A stretch of 64,000 nucleotides of DNA, taken from contig DAOTTY010000081.1 in assembly GCA_034437575.1 (NCBI GenBank), positions 31,111-95,110 of the forward strand, given 5' to 3'. The notes under the pieces are model-generated. The model was not told where the DNA came from. It saw only the letters and a list, made by a program, of their open reading frames with translations, and did no database searches. The stretch comes from Anaerolineae bacterium (GTDB taxonomy: Bacteria; Chloroflexota; Anaerolineae; Aggregatilineales; Phototrophicaceae). The position numbers and the translations under genes were made by a program. Below, in pieces: positions 1-9,824 of this stretch; positions within the stretch are counted from its first letter, which is position 1; each line of letters opens with the position of its first letter.

Positions 1-549
1 TTGTGGACGACATGTTTTACGATTAGTGCGAACATGACGCAAACCAGGCAGTCTATGAATCAGTTTGGCCTGCTACGGGACGCGGTGCGCTTTAGTACGT
101 CGATTGCCGGGGTCTATCCCCCAGCGCCAGACATTAACGGGGACATCCACATTGACGGTGGGGTTATCAACAACACACCTGCTGATGTGATGCGTGAGAT
201 TATCGGGCCAGGAATCATTTTTGCGAGTGACTTGGGGTTCACCGTCCGAGAGAAAATCTACTACAGTTACGGTGATTCACTATCTGGGGAGCGGGTGCTG
301 TGGCACCGGCTGAACCCGTTTTTGCGGTCGTTACAAGTGCCCAACATTATGTCGATTATGATGCGGGCGAATGCGCTGGCCAGCATCAACACAACTGAAC
401 GCCAGATGCGCCCGGCAGACTTGGTTATCCGTCAGCCAGTTGCAGGATATGGTTTGTTCGATTTTGACCAGTTCGACGCACTGCGTGAACGCGGTTACGA
501 AAGCACGCAGGCCGCCTTGCAGGAATTTGAGGCAGTACGGGGTAGTTAA
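1..549 (+). CDS. Patatin-like phospholipase, C-terminal part (5' end lies outside the window)
   Basis: The frame is open from the window edge. It contains HIDGGVINNTPAD, the DGG/Asp motif of the patatin Ser-Asp dyad. The Gly-x-Ser-x-Gly part would lie upstream of the window. Confidence 0.65.
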   Translation: MWTTCFTISANMTQTRQSMNQFGLLRDAVRFSTSIAGVYPPAPDINGDIHIDGGVINNTPADVMREIIGPGIIFASDLGFTVREKIYYSYGDSLSGERVLWHRLNPFLRSLQVPNIMSIMMRANALASINTTERQMRPADLVIRQPVAGYGLFDFDQFDALRERGYESTQAALQEFEAVRGS

Positions 550-550
550 T

Positions 551-1600
551 TTACTTCATACCCGTTGTGGCTATTCCCGTTGTGATGAACCGTTGTAGGA
601 ACGCAAATACCACTGTGATGGGGAGCAGTGTGAGTACGGTCATCGCCAGAATGTAGTGCCATTGGGTATCATGCTGGCCTCGGAAGCTGTTGAGGCCCAC
701 TTGAAGTGTAAAGACCTCACTTTCACTCAACACGATCAGCGGCCACAGGAAGTCATTCCAGCGCCACATTACCGAAAAGATTGCTAAAACGGCCAGGGCT
801 GGGCGTGCAAGCGGCAGCACAATCTGCCAATAGACGCGCCACTCACTCGCTCCGTCAATCCGTGCAGAGTCCAGAAGCTCATCGGGAATGGTGAGCATGT
901 ATTGTCGCAGCAGGAATACGCCAGTTGGGGTGGCGGCCCCTGGAATAATCACACCCCACAGGGTGTTGGTCATGTTGAGTTCAGTAATCACGAGAAACGC
1001 GGGCACAAGAATCACTGAGATGGGTATCATCAACGTGGCGATAATAATCACAAAGATAACGTCACGGCCTGGGAACCTGTACTTGCTGAGCGCAAAGGCG
1101 GCCATGCTGTTGATCGTCAGGGTGATAAAGGTGGCGACCCCGGTCACAAACAGACTGTTAGAAAAGTAGCGCACAAAGTTGAACTGCGTCAGCGGCTTTG
1201 TATAGTTGCGCCACGCAAAGCGAACTTCGTTGATGGGTTCACGTTTGTCAATGGCTACGTCAATGAACTCGTCGGGGTTGGCTGGATCGAGCATACGCGC
1301 TTGGTTGCCTAAAGGTTGCCCAAACTGCACCAATTGCTTAACTGTGCCATCTTCCATGGTGACTTCAAACAGGGGCAGTGGCTTGTCACGACCTTCCACC
1401 TCAACCATGACCTGCGAGTAAGGCAGCAACCGATTTGGATAGCGGGCAAGGGCAGATTCGGTCTTAAAGGATGAAAATAGCAACCACATAATCGGCCCAA
1501 ACATGATGAGGGTGCCAAATGTCAAATAGACATACATCAGCACATCAGATGTAGAGGGACCATGCCGACCTTGTGTGCGTGTGAGGTATTTTGCAATCAT
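551..1600 (-). CDS. Carbohydrate ABC transporter permease (MalG/UgpE-like) with a large first extracytoplasmic loop
   Basis: 349 aa polytopic protein with an EAA-like loop (DELLDSARIDGASEWRVYWQIVLPLARPAL). ATG start preceded by a purine-rich stretch. Sits directly downstream of a second permease gene. Confidence 0.85.
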   Translation of the reverse strand: MIAKYLTRTQGRHGPSTSDVLMYVYLTFGTLIMFGPIMWLLFSSFKTESALARYPNRLLPYSQVMVEVEGRDKPLPLFEVTMEDGTVKQLVQFGQPLGNQARMLDPANPDEFIDVAIDKREPINEVRFAWRNYTKPLTQFNFVRYFSNSLFVTGVATFITLTINSMAAFALSKYRFPGRDVIFVIIIATLMIPISVILVPAFLVITELNMTNTLWGVIIPGAATPTGVFLLRQYMLTIPDELLDSARIDGASEWRVYWQIVLPLARPALAVLAIFSVMWRWNDFLWPLIVLSESEVFTLQVGLNSFRGQHDTQWHYILAMTVLTLLPITVVFAFLQRFITTGIATTGMK

Positions 1601-1618
1601 TGTATTTGCCCCTTTGCC

Positions 1619-2674
1619 TTAAGCGGCCTCGTTGCGCTTGCCGATGTAAAGTTGCAACATTGTGAAGATGAACAAAGTGACGCCCAAGACGACGGAGGCG
1701 GCGGCGGCGAGGCCGAAAATCTGGGTGGAACCCGTAAATCCTGTTTCGTAGATGTACTCCACCATAAAGCTGGTTGCACTCGCCGGGCCACGCAGCACGA
1801 CAACAAGATCAAAGACCTGAACAGCGCGTATCAGCGCTAAGATAATAACCACAAACATCGTTGGCATAAGCAGTGGCATGGTGATGAAGCGTAAGCGCTG
1901 CCAACTGTTGGTGCCGTCAATGGCACCAGCTTCGTACAGTTCCTTTGGAATCGACTGCAATCCGGCTAGCAGAATTAAAGTATAGAAACCCATCTGCGCC
2001 CAAATGCTCACAAAAATGATCCAGAAGCGTGCCCAGTTCGCGTCACTTAAAAATATGATGGGATCGCCACCAAACAGCCCTATCCCCGCATTTAGCAGCC
2101 CATTCCGATCAAGAATCCAGCGCCAGATCAAACCCACAACAATGGGGGATAGCAGAACCGGATAGAAAAATACACTCCTGAAGAATCCACGCCCCTTGAT
2201 TTTGCGATTGAGAATGAGCGCCGTGATGAGTGAGAACAGAATCATCCCGCTGACCTGAAACACGACGTAGAAAACCGTGTTGTAAATGGCCCGCCAAAAA
2301 ATATCTTCTGTGCAGGTGTTGGGCTGCAAGTAGTTGTCGCAGTCGAATAGCAGCTCGAAGTTCTCGGTGCCGATGAAGGTGCGCTCTGCCGGGAAAATCT
2401 TCGTTCCCCCTGTGAACGCATAGTAGAAGTTGAGCAGCATGGGCAGCAGCACAAAAATGCCGAATACCAGTAAATTGGGCAGGACGAAGATGTACCCCAT
2501 ACGGTTAATGCCAATAACTTTTTGAATGGGGCTGAACAGAAGTTCAATGGCGTTCATGAACCCCTCAATGATGCTGCTGAGCAGGTGCCGTATAAACTTA
2601 GGGGTTCTGAAACGCTTGTTGTCGTCTGTAGGTTTGCTGGTTCGTAAGTCGTGGCCGAGTTCTACCTGCGCCAT
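1619..2674 (-). CDS. Carbohydrate ABC transporter permease (MalF/UgpA-like)
   Basis: 351 aa, multiple TM segments, EAA loop (ELYEAGAIDGTNSWQRLRFITMPLL). AAAGAGG lies upstream of the ATG. Confidence 0.85.
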   Translation of the reverse strand: MAQVELGHDLRTSKPTDDNKRFRTPKFIRHLLSSIIEGFMNAIELLFSPIQKVIGINRMGYIFVLPNLLVFGIFVLLPMLLNFYYAFTGGTKIFPAERTFIGTENFELLFDCDNYLQPNTCTEDIFWRAIYNTVFYVVFQVSGMILFSLITALILNRKIKGRGFFRSVFFYPVLLSPIVVGLIWRWILDRNGLLNAGIGLFGGDPIIFLSDANWARFWIIFVSIWAQMGFYTLILLAGLQSIPKELYEAGAIDGTNSWQRLRFITMPLLMPTMFVVIILALIRAVQVFDLVVVLRGPASATSFMVEYIYETGFTGSTQIFGLAAAASVVLGVTLFIFTMLQLYIGKRNEAA

Positions 2675-2732
2675 GATAATGACCTCTTTTGGCTGTGTGG
2701 TTTGCTGGTTTGCCCGACGGCTGGTGCATTGA

Positions 2733-2770
2733 AAAAGGCTACTGGCATGATAGCACGCCAGTAGCCTTTT
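2733..2770 (-). terminator. Intercistronic stem-loop (attenuator/terminator) after the sugar-binding protein gene
   Basis: AAAAGGCTACTGGC-10 nt loop-GCCAGTAGCCTTTT. On the minus strand the 14 bp stem is followed by a TTTTT run. It lies between the SBP stop (2795) and the permease start (2674). Confidence 0.5.
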
Positions 2771-2794
2771 GGAAGTTAGATGGTGATGTAAATG

Positions 2795-4081
2795 CTAACG
2801 TGCGGCTTCTACGATGGCCTGGTCTACGTCGGCCTGGATGCGCTCAATAGCTTCATCCAGGGTTAGTTCACCGACGATTACCTGCTCCAAACGATTTGGC
2901 GTCTCACGCCAGATGATGAAGTTATAGGGGTATGCTTGCAGTGCGGAGGCAGTCGGCTCTAGCCGGGGCACCTGGGCGGTAAAGGTACCAATTGCGGCAC
3001 GGGCCTGCTCATCATCTGTCAGGAAGTCTACACCCGATGCTGCAACCCCACTGTGGGCGGGGATAAACAATGTGCGGGCGGCAAACTCACGGTAGACATC
3101 TTCCCCTGCCAAATAGTCCATGACGCGGGCGACTTCTTCAGGGTGTTGGGTGCCTGCAATGCCGACGAGCGCTGCGCCCCCTGGCATCCCTGTGCAACCG
3201 CCGGGGCCACACGGGTTGGGTACTACGCGCCAGTCGAAGAAGTCGCCGATGCGCTCGCTCATGTTGGCAATTTGCCAGCTACCGCTCATGTATAGAACAA
3301 CTTCACCAGCAGCGAACGAGTCAACGGCATCGGCATAGCTTGCTTCAGACCCAACCCAGATTTCCGGGGGCGTGATGCCCTCTTCGTGCCAGCTTACAAT
3401 CATCTGAGCGGTTTCGCGGAAGCCCTCATCACCAATGAGGTTAATTTCGCCGGTTGCCTTATCGAAGTAGTCGGCACCCATGCTGACCGCCGGGCCTGCA
3501 ACACGGTGACCGGAGCGGTCAATGGCTACTGCATAGGGTGTATCGGTTGCTTCGGCAACGGCAGTTGCAGTCTCTACCCACTCTTCCCAGGTTGCGCCCT
3601 CGCCCGGTAGTTCGATCCCTGCGCGGTCGAACAGCGTAGCGTTGACGTAAGGGCCAGTGATGGTGAGCTGCGTCATCATGCCATAAATGCCGTCTTCTGC
3701 GTCTGCTGGCTGCATCGGATCGAGTGTGCTGCCGAAGCTCTCCCGCCAGTATTCAGCGTCAACATATGGGCCAATGTTGAGGTAATACTGCGATAGACCG
3801 GCCAGGTCAGTCACACGGGCCATGTCTGGGCCTTCGCCGGCTTCGAGTTGGCTGGCCAGGTTGTCACGGATGACATTGTAGCTAACGGTGTCGATCACAA
3901 CATCAATGTCTGGGTTGTCTGCCTCGAAACGATCCAGTAGTTCGCGCAGGACTTCGCCCTCAATGCCGTCGTTGTACCATGCAATGCGTAGTTCTACCGG
4001 GGCATCCTGTGCGCCAACGGCGGCGATCCCGACTGTCATGAACATCAGGACGAGCAAAATTAAGGAGAGTCGTTTGGTCAT
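2795..4081 (-). CDS. Extracellular solute-binding protein, family 1 (sugar ABC importer)
   Basis: 428 aa with an N-terminal signal peptide (MTKRLSLILLVLMFMTVGIAAVGAQ). Overall resemblance to sugar SBPs. GAAAGGGAAG precedes the ATG. First gene of an SBP-permease-permease operon. Confidence 0.85.
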   Translation of the reverse strand: MTKRLSLILLVLMFMTVGIAAVGAQDAPVELRIAWYNDGIEGEVLRELLDRFEADNPDIDVVIDTVSYNVIRDNLASQLEAGEGPDMARVTDLAGLSQYYLNIGPYVDAEYWRESFGSTLDPMQPADAEDGIYGMMTQLTITGPYVNATLFDRAGIELPGEGATWEEWVETATAVAEATDTPYAVAIDRSGHRVAGPAVSMGADYFDKATGEINLIGDEGFRETAQMIVSWHEEGITPPEIWVGSEASYADAVDSFAAGEVVLYMSGSWQIANMSERIGDFFDWRVVPNPCGPGGCTGMPGGAALVGIAGTQHPEEVARVMDYLAGEDVYREFAARTLFIPAHSGVAASGVDFLTDDEQARAAIGTFTAQVPRLEPTASALQAYPYNFIIWRETPNRLEQVIVGELTLDEAIERIQADVDQAIVEAAR

Positions 4082-4272
4082 GCTTTCGCTTCCCTTTCAA
4101 TGTAAAAACAAGTTGGAAATATAAGGTGCGCTCAGTGAACTGGCCCCTGGTGGATATAACTGATTGGTATTCGTCTACGATGGTACCCGTTCGCTTGTGT
4201 TCGTGTGCTTCTGATATGTATAACAGCCGCACTGGGCAAAAGTTACGCTCAAAGTAACTGGACTGATGAGGT

Positions 4273-4295
4273 GGGGCGTGGTGTAGACACGCCCC
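4273..4295 (-). terminator. GC-rich hairpin 17 nt downstream of the molybdenum hydroxylase gene
   Basis: GGGGCGTG-7 nt-CACGCCCC perfect 8 bp stem. No clear U-run follows, so its function as a terminator is uncertain. Confidence 0.35.
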
Positions 4296-4312
4296 GGTAG
4301 TGTTGCATGGTG

Positions 4313-7129
4313 CTATTTTACATCATGCCAGGCTGTGTGGACTTCGCTGGCATTCGCTTTGATGGCTCGCAGCAGCGCATCCTGGTCAACAGGGATGCTG
4401 AAAATGCGAACGCCCGTCGCATGATAAATGGCATTGCATATGGCAGGTGTGGTGTTAATTGACGGGATTTCGCCAACCCCCTTGGCACCGTAGGGGCCAG
4501 CCTCAGCGCGATGTTCTACCAGATGCGAGATGATTTCTGGCGTATGCTTAATGCTGGGCATTTTGTAGCGGGCCAGCATTTGCGTCCAGGGGATGCCGTT
4601 TTCTGTGATGTAGGATTCGGTCAGGCAGTTGCCCATTGCCATGACGATGCCACCCTCGATCTGGCCTTGCAGCATCAGCGGGTTGATGGCCCGTCCGATG
4701 TCTGTGCCGCTGACGACCTTAAGGACCTTAATCTCGCCTGTTTCGGTGTCTACTTGCACCAGTGCGGCCTGCGTGGCATAACTGAAAGCAAAGTGCATGT
4801 CACCGCCTTCACCCAGCGGTTTCGTGGCAGGTGCCCAGTATTCATGGCGTGATATGGGTTTGAGGCCGCTTTGCCGCATGAATTTGACAACATCGCCAAA
4901 CTCGACGCTGTGGCCGTTGCGGCGCATCAGTCCCTCTTCGTAGTAGATTTCCTCCGGGGGCACGTCCAGAATCTCAGCCGCAGATTTCGTCATTGCCTCG
5001 CGCAATGCGGAGGCGGCCAAACGCGCTGCGTTGCCCGTCATAAACGTCTGTCGGGAGGCGGTGGTGGGGCCGCCGTTGGGTGTCAGGTCTGTGTCGCACA
5101 ACAGCACCCGTACCTTATCGTAAGGCATTCCCATCTCTTCGGCGGCGCACTGGGCCACTACATGCGCGATGCCCTGGCCCATATCTGCTGCTGCGGTGCG
5201 GACTTGGATAGTGCCATCTTCAAACGCCTCGACCTCTGCCTCCGAAACATCTGGGGCACCACCGCCAAGCCCGGTGTTCTTGTAGGCGGCTGCGATGCCC
5301 CATCCGTAGGCTTTATGCCCATCGCGCCACCCCCACTTGAAGCCGCTGCCGTTGTGGTGGGTGACCATATCTTCCTGCACACGGTCAATCGTTTCCAACA
5401 GGCCGACTGATTCCTTCAAGACCTGCCCGGTTGCGGTTGTGATGCCGACCTTTTGCGCGTTGATGCGCCGGAATTCGATAGGGTCAATCTCCAGTGCCTG
5501 GGCGACCATGTCCATGTTTTGCTCAACAGCAAATGCGGACTGCGTTACACCGAAGCCCCGGAAAGCGCCCGACGGCGGGTTGTTGGTATACATTGCGTAG
5601 CAGTCGATTTTGGCATTCGGTACGCTGTATGGGCCGGTGGCATGTGTTGTAGCACGGGTCATGACCTTATCACCCAGGGACGCATACGCGCCCGTGTCAC
5701 CATAAAGTGTGGCCTGAACAGCAGTCAGACGACCATCACGCTTGGCCCCTGTTTTGATGTGAATGGTGGTAGCATGGCGCTTGGGGTGGAAGATAAGCGA
5801 TTCCTGGCGGGTGTAGAGCATCTTAGTGGGTTTGCCCGTCGCTTCTGCAAGCATCGCAACGTGAATCTGCCCGGCAATGTCTTCCTTGCCACCGAATCCG
5901 CCGCCAATCAGAGTGCCGATGACGCGCACCTGCTCCTCTTGCAGGTTCATGGCGCGGGCAATTTGGTTGCGATCCTGATAAGGAATTTGTGAGCCGACGT
6001 AAATCGTCAGTTTCTGATGATCGTCATCATAGCCCGCCGGGATACCAATGGCACACTCAGGTTCAAGGAAGGCGTGTTCGGTGGTAGGGGTGTGGTAGGT
6101 GTGCTCCACAATCACGTCGGAATCGGCGAAGCCCGCGTCAATGTCACCATGACGCACCTTAATGTGCTTGAGCAGATTGCCTGTGGGGTGTTCCGGGTGC
6201 AGGTTGGGTGCGTCCGGTGAGTGGGCATATTCTGGCGTGGTGATGACCGGCAGCGGTTCGTATTCCACTTCGATCAGTTTAAGCGCGACATCAGCAATTT
6301 CGGCGGTTTCTGCCGCGACAATGGCAATCGCATCCCCAACGTACAGCACTTTTTCGTCGCACAGCACCGGCCAGTCGAGGTAAATCAGGCCATGAATGTT
6401 CTTACCCGGCACATCCTTGTAGGTGAGTACGGATTGCACACCATCGAGGGCAAGGGCCTTTTCCGTCTTGATACTCAGGATGCGAGCGTGGGCATAGGGC
6501 GAGCGCAGCGTGCGGGCGTACAGCATACCAGCAAACACGTAGTCATCGGTGAATTTGGCTGCACCTGTGACCTTCTGCTCTACTTCGATAGGGGGCACAC
6601 TGCGGCTAATGACGCTCATTGGCTCGGTAACAGCCGGGTCGTTGACGGGCAGGGGGGTCTCACCGCGCTTTTCCGCAGCAGCAGACTGAATGGCCCGGAT
6701 AACGCTGGTGTAGCCGGTACAACGGCAGTATGTGTCTTTAAGCGCGACCTTGATGTCGTGCTCGTCTGGATTGTCGTTTTCGTCTACCAGGGCGGCGGCG
6801 GTCATAATCAGGCCGGGGGTGCAAAAGCCACACTGCACCGCGCCATGATTGATGAAGTTCTTTTGCATCGGGTGCAGGGTGTCGTTTTCTGCCAGCCCTT
6901 CGATGGTTGTCACATGGCGGTCTTGTGCTTTCCAGACGGGGTACACGCATGAATCGACGGGTGTGCCATCTACCCACACAGTGCAAATGCCGCATTCTGC
7001 TTCTTCACAGCCGATCTTTGTTCCGGTCAGGCCGAGGTCTAAGCGCAAGAACTGTGATAGGGTGCGCGATTCCTCGACTTCTAACGTGTGCTGCTGGTTA
7101 TTAACAGTGATGTTGAGTGTTTGAGTCAC
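4313..7129 (-). CDS. Molybdenum hydroxylase with fused [2Fe-2S] and MoCo-binding subunits (xanthine dehydrogenase / aldehyde oxidoreductase family)
   Basis: 938 aa. The N-terminus has a C-x4-C-x2-C-x11-C motif (CEEAECGICTVWVDGTPVDSC) and a second cluster motif (CGFCTPG...CRCTGY). MoCo-domain motifs follow: GGGFGGK, ADMGQG, GAKGVGE. GTG start 6 nt after GGAGG. Confidence 0.9.
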   Translation of the reverse strand: MTQTLNITVNNQQHTLEVEESRTLSQFLRLDLGLTGTKIGCEEAECGICTVWVDGTPVDSCVYPVWKAQDRHVTTIEGLAENDTLHPMQKNFINHGAVQCGFCTPGLIMTAAALVDENDNPDEHDIKVALKDTYCRCTGYTSVIRAIQSAAAEKRGETPLPVNDPAVTEPMSVISRSVPPIEVEQKVTGAAKFTDDYVFAGMLYARTLRSPYAHARILSIKTEKALALDGVQSVLTYKDVPGKNIHGLIYLDWPVLCDEKVLYVGDAIAIVAAETAEIADVALKLIEVEYEPLPVITTPEYAHSPDAPNLHPEHPTGNLLKHIKVRHGDIDAGFADSDVIVEHTYHTPTTEHAFLEPECAIGIPAGYDDDHQKLTIYVGSQIPYQDRNQIARAMNLQEEQVRVIGTLIGGGFGGKEDIAGQIHVAMLAEATGKPTKMLYTRQESLIFHPKRHATTIHIKTGAKRDGRLTAVQATLYGDTGAYASLGDKVMTRATTHATGPYSVPNAKIDCYAMYTNNPPSGAFRGFGVTQSAFAVEQNMDMVAQALEIDPIEFRRINAQKVGITTATGQVLKESVGLLETIDRVQEDMVTHHNGSGFKWGWRDGHKAYGWGIAAAYKNTGLGGGAPDVSEAEVEAFEDGTIQVRTAAADMGQGIAHVVAQCAAEEMGMPYDKVRVLLCDTDLTPNGGPTTASRQTFMTGNAARLAASALREAMTKSAAEILDVPPEEIYYEEGLMRRNGHSVEFGDVVKFMRQSGLKPISRHEYWAPATKPLGEGGDMHFAFSYATQAALVQVDTETGEIKVLKVVSGTDIGRAINPLMLQGQIEGGIVMAMGNCLTESYITENGIPWTQMLARYKMPSIKHTPEIISHLVEHRAEAGPYGAKGVGEIPSINTTPAICNAIYHATGVRIFSIPVDQDALLRAIKANASEVHTAWHDVK

Positions 7130-7147
7130 AGTAAGCCTCCTAGTAGA

Positions 7148-8059
7148 CTAAGCGCCAACGCCTTCAGGGGTGGCGGTGCCCGTCTTGGCGCGTTCAATGG
7201 CCAGGGTAAGGGTGCGCTTGAGCAGCACTTCAATCATTTCCTGGCGATATTCGGCGGTGGCACGGTATTTGCTGGTTCGTGGTTTGAGTGTGTCGTGGGC
7301 GACGCGCATTGCTTGCCGGATGGTATCCTCGGTGGCGGGGTGCCCTTTGAGGTAGCTTTCAACTTCGGCGGCGCGGTAAGGGCGCGGTGCAACTGGGGCC
7401 AGGCAAACTCGTGCATCGGTGAGGCTTTCGCCCGCTTCATCAAGTTCGACCCACACCGCACAGCCCAGAATCGGCAGCGCAACGCCCTGCGGGCGCATAA
7501 TCCGCTTAAACGCTGTGGCCTGATGTGGCCCGGTTGGTTTAAAGCGCAGCCGAATAAGCAGGTCGCGGGTGCTATCGAGCAGGGATTTGCCGGGGCCGAG
7601 GTACATCTCGCGGATGGGTTGCCACTGGCGTTGGCCGTCCTTGATAATTTCGGCTTCGGCATCCAGCGCAACGAGAGAGGTCGTGCCATCACCGGCAGGC
7701 AGCGCATGGGCCACGTTGCCGCCCAGGGTTGCCACATTGCGTACCTGCGGGCCGCCGACAACACCGCAGCTTTCGACAAGGCAGGTGGCTCTGTCAGCCA
7801 GGGCCATTGACTTCACAATTTGCGCATGGGTCACGCCTGCACCAATGTAGATATATCGTTCGTCGGCTGTGATGTGGCACAACTCATGGATGGCGGTCAC
7901 ATCAACGAGGGCTTCTTGCGGTTCGGCACCCCCCGCACGTAAATCAATGAGCAGGTCGGTTCCGCCTGCGATAACTCGTGCCTTGCCATTGTACTGACCC
8001 AACGCGGCAACGGCCTCATCAACCGTTTTGGGGGAGTGGTAGTGATTCCAGAGTTTCAT
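7148..8059 (-). CDS. FAD-binding subunit of the molybdenum hydroxylase (CoxM/XdhB-like)
   Basis: CoxM-like N-terminus (MKLWNHYHSPKTVDEAVAAL...VIAGGTDLLIDL). I moved the start from the ORF-track 8143 to the ATG at 8059, which gives the family-typical N-terminus. The gene stops 18 nt before the MoCo subunit start. Confidence 0.85.
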   Translation of the reverse strand: MKLWNHYHSPKTVDEAVAALGQYNGKARVIAGGTDLLIDLRAGGAEPQEALVDVTAIHELCHITADERYIYIGAGVTHAQIVKSMALADRATCLVESCGVVGGPQVRNVATLGGNVAHALPAGDGTTSLVALDAEAEIIKDGQRQWQPIREMYLGPGKSLLDSTRDLLIRLRFKPTGPHQATAFKRIMRPQGVALPILGCAVWVELDEAGESLTDARVCLAPVAPRPYRAAEVESYLKGHPATEDTIRQAMRVAHDTLKPRTSKYRATAEYRQEMIEVLLKRTLTLAIERAKTGTATPEGVGA

Positions 8060-8203
8060 AATGCTTTCGGCATACCTCTTACCTATAACTATCAGGGATA
8101 AGCAGGCACTTTTCGCTGGGTCTACCGATTCCAACGCCGTCATTTGAATGACGACCTGCCGACTCTTACAATGATATGGATTTCTTTAAGTTTTGTCTAA
8201 CGT

Positions 8204-9754
8204 TTAATTCGCCGTCTGTACATTGGGGCGAACCCCCGTCATCATCAGGCCGATCTCCTCAGTCGTTGTGCTTTCATTATCAACAGTCCCAATAATGCGT
8301 CCCTCATACATGACGATTACCCGGTCAGATAGGGCGCGTATCTCGTCTAAGTCCTCAGAAATGAGCAAAATGGCCATGCCTTTTTCGCGTTCTTCCAGCA
8401 AGCGCTTATGAATGTATTCTGTCGCGCCGATGTCTACACCGCGAGTGGGCTGGGCCGCAATGAGCACCTGTGGCCTTTGGGCAAGTTCGCGGGCCAGTAC
8501 CAGCTTTTGGATGTTGCCACCGCTCAGGTTTTTAATCGGTGTGTTGTGGCCAGGGGTTTTGATTTCAAACTCGATTATCTTTTGCTGCGTGTCGGCGGCG
8601 ATGCGCTTGTTGTTGAGGAAGATGCCGCCCGCAGCATAGGGCGCTGTATTATGGTCGTGTAAGACGTAGTTCTCAGCGACAGTGAACTCCTTGACAACAC
8701 CGTCAATCATGCGCTCCTCGGGGATGTATGAAACGCCTTGAGCCTTGATCTGCGAAGGTGATAGTCCAACGATGTTTTTGCCGCTGACTGAGATAATCCC
8801 GCGAATGACGGGGCGTAACCCCGCGATGACCTGAGCTAGTTCACGCTGGCCGTTGCCGCTTACACCTGCCACGCCGAGAATTTCCCCCGCGTGCAGGCTG
8901 AAATTGATGTCGTGTAACCCTGAGTTCTCACGATCACTCATAGCAGAAACAGTGGTGACGGATAGGCGTTTGCCAGCAGGTTTTTGCGGTGGGCGCTGGT
9001 AGTCTAACAGGACTGGACGCCCCACCATCATCTCGGCTAGTTTGGGTTTGGTTGCCTCTGCCACTGGAATGGTATCCACACGGCGACCATCGCGCAGCAC
9101 TGTAATCCGGTCACTGATGGCGAGTACTTCGTGCAGCTTGTGCGAGATGAAGATGAGCGCGTGCGCGTCTTCGGCCAATTGCTTCAGGATTACGAACAGG
9201 TCATCGACTTCCTGCGGGGTGAGCACGGCGGTGGGTTCGTCTAGAATCAGCAAATCAGCCCCCCGGTACAGCGCCCGCAAAATTTCGACACGCTGCTGTT
9301 CCCCGACGGCAAGCTGCCAAACCGGGACAGTGGGGTCAACTTTGAGGTTATATGCCTGCGATAGCTCGGTGAGCTGCTGTGCTACACGTCTCGTATCGCT
9401 GAGCAGACCGCGACGGGATTTCATCCCTAGAGCCACGTTTTCGGCAACGGTCAGGGATGGCACGAGCATAAAGTGCTGATGGATCATGCCGATACCATGT
9501 GTGATGGCATCCTGTGGGGAGCGGACGCTAATGGGGCGGCCATTGATGGTTATTCGACCCTCATCCGGTTGGTAAAGGCCATAAAGCATTTTCATGAGGG
9601 TGCTTTTGCCTGCGCCATTTTCACCCAGTAGCGCATGCACTTCGCCCGATTTTACATCGAAGTCGATGTGATCGGCGGCTAGCACACCGGGGAACCGCTT
9701 CACAATGCCAGACATCCGTAGGGTGTTGATTTTTGTGCTTTTCGTCAAAGCCAT
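8204..9754 (-). CDS. ABC transporter ATP-binding protein with duplicated ATPase domains (BMP/nucleoside-sugar type)
   Basis: Walker [10 protein letters not shown] and a second, degenerate P-loop GVSGNGQ. Signature LSGGNIQK. Start set at the ATG at 9754 ([21 protein letters not shown]). Confidence 0.9.
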   Translation of the reverse strand: MALTKSTKINTLRMSGIVKRFPGVLAADHIDFDVKSGEVHALLGENGAGKSTLMKMLYGLYQPDEGRITINGRPISVRSPQDAITHGIGMIHQHFMLVPSLTVAENVALGMKSRRGLLSDTRRVAQQLTELSQAYNLKVDPTVPVWQLAVGEQQRVEILRALYRGADLLILDEPTAVLTPQEVDDLFVILKQLAEDAHALIFISHKLHEVLAISDRITVLRDGRRVDTIPVAEATKPKLAEMMVGRPVLLDYQRPPQKPAGKRLSVTTVSAMSDRENSGLHDINFSLHAGEILGVAGVSGNGQRELAQVIAGLRPVIRGIISVSGKNIVGLSPSQIKAQGVSYIPEERMIDGVVKEFTVAENYVLHDHNTAPYAAGGIFLNNKRIAADTQQKIIEFEIKTPGHNTPIKNLSGGNIQKLVLARELAQRPQVLIAAQPTRGVDIGATEYIHKRLLEEREKGMAILLISEDLDEIRALSDRVIVMYEGRIIGTVDNESTTTEEIGLMMTGVRPNVQTAN

Positions 9755-9824
9755 TGCGCTCAACCTTGCTGACTTGCTATGGTGTGGGGCTGTTAGCAAA
9801 TAGCAGCCCCACATGGGCTAATGG

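Noticed and set aside
6221-6952. Long ORFs antisense to well-supported genes: 6221-6952 (+), 7088-7810 (+), 12437-13099 (+), 14650-15402 (-), 15678-16478 (-), 17340-17927 (-), 5453-5992 (+) and similar.
   Set aside because: Each lies fully inside, and opposite to, a gene with clear family motifs. Their products are Arg/Ala/Gly/Pro/Ser-rich with no recognisable motifs or start signals. This is the expected by-product of codon bias in moderately GC-rich DNA.
8060-8143. ORF-track N-terminal extensions of several genes: 8060-8143, 9755-9814, 10899-10988, 19858-19935, 20031-20063, 49792-49863, 54091-54108, 57370-57423.
   Set aside because: The internal starts give family-typical N-termini or signal peptides. 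Several also have clear Shine-Dalgarno sequences (for example GGGAGGAG before 10898 and GGAGGAG before 19857). The extensions have neither.
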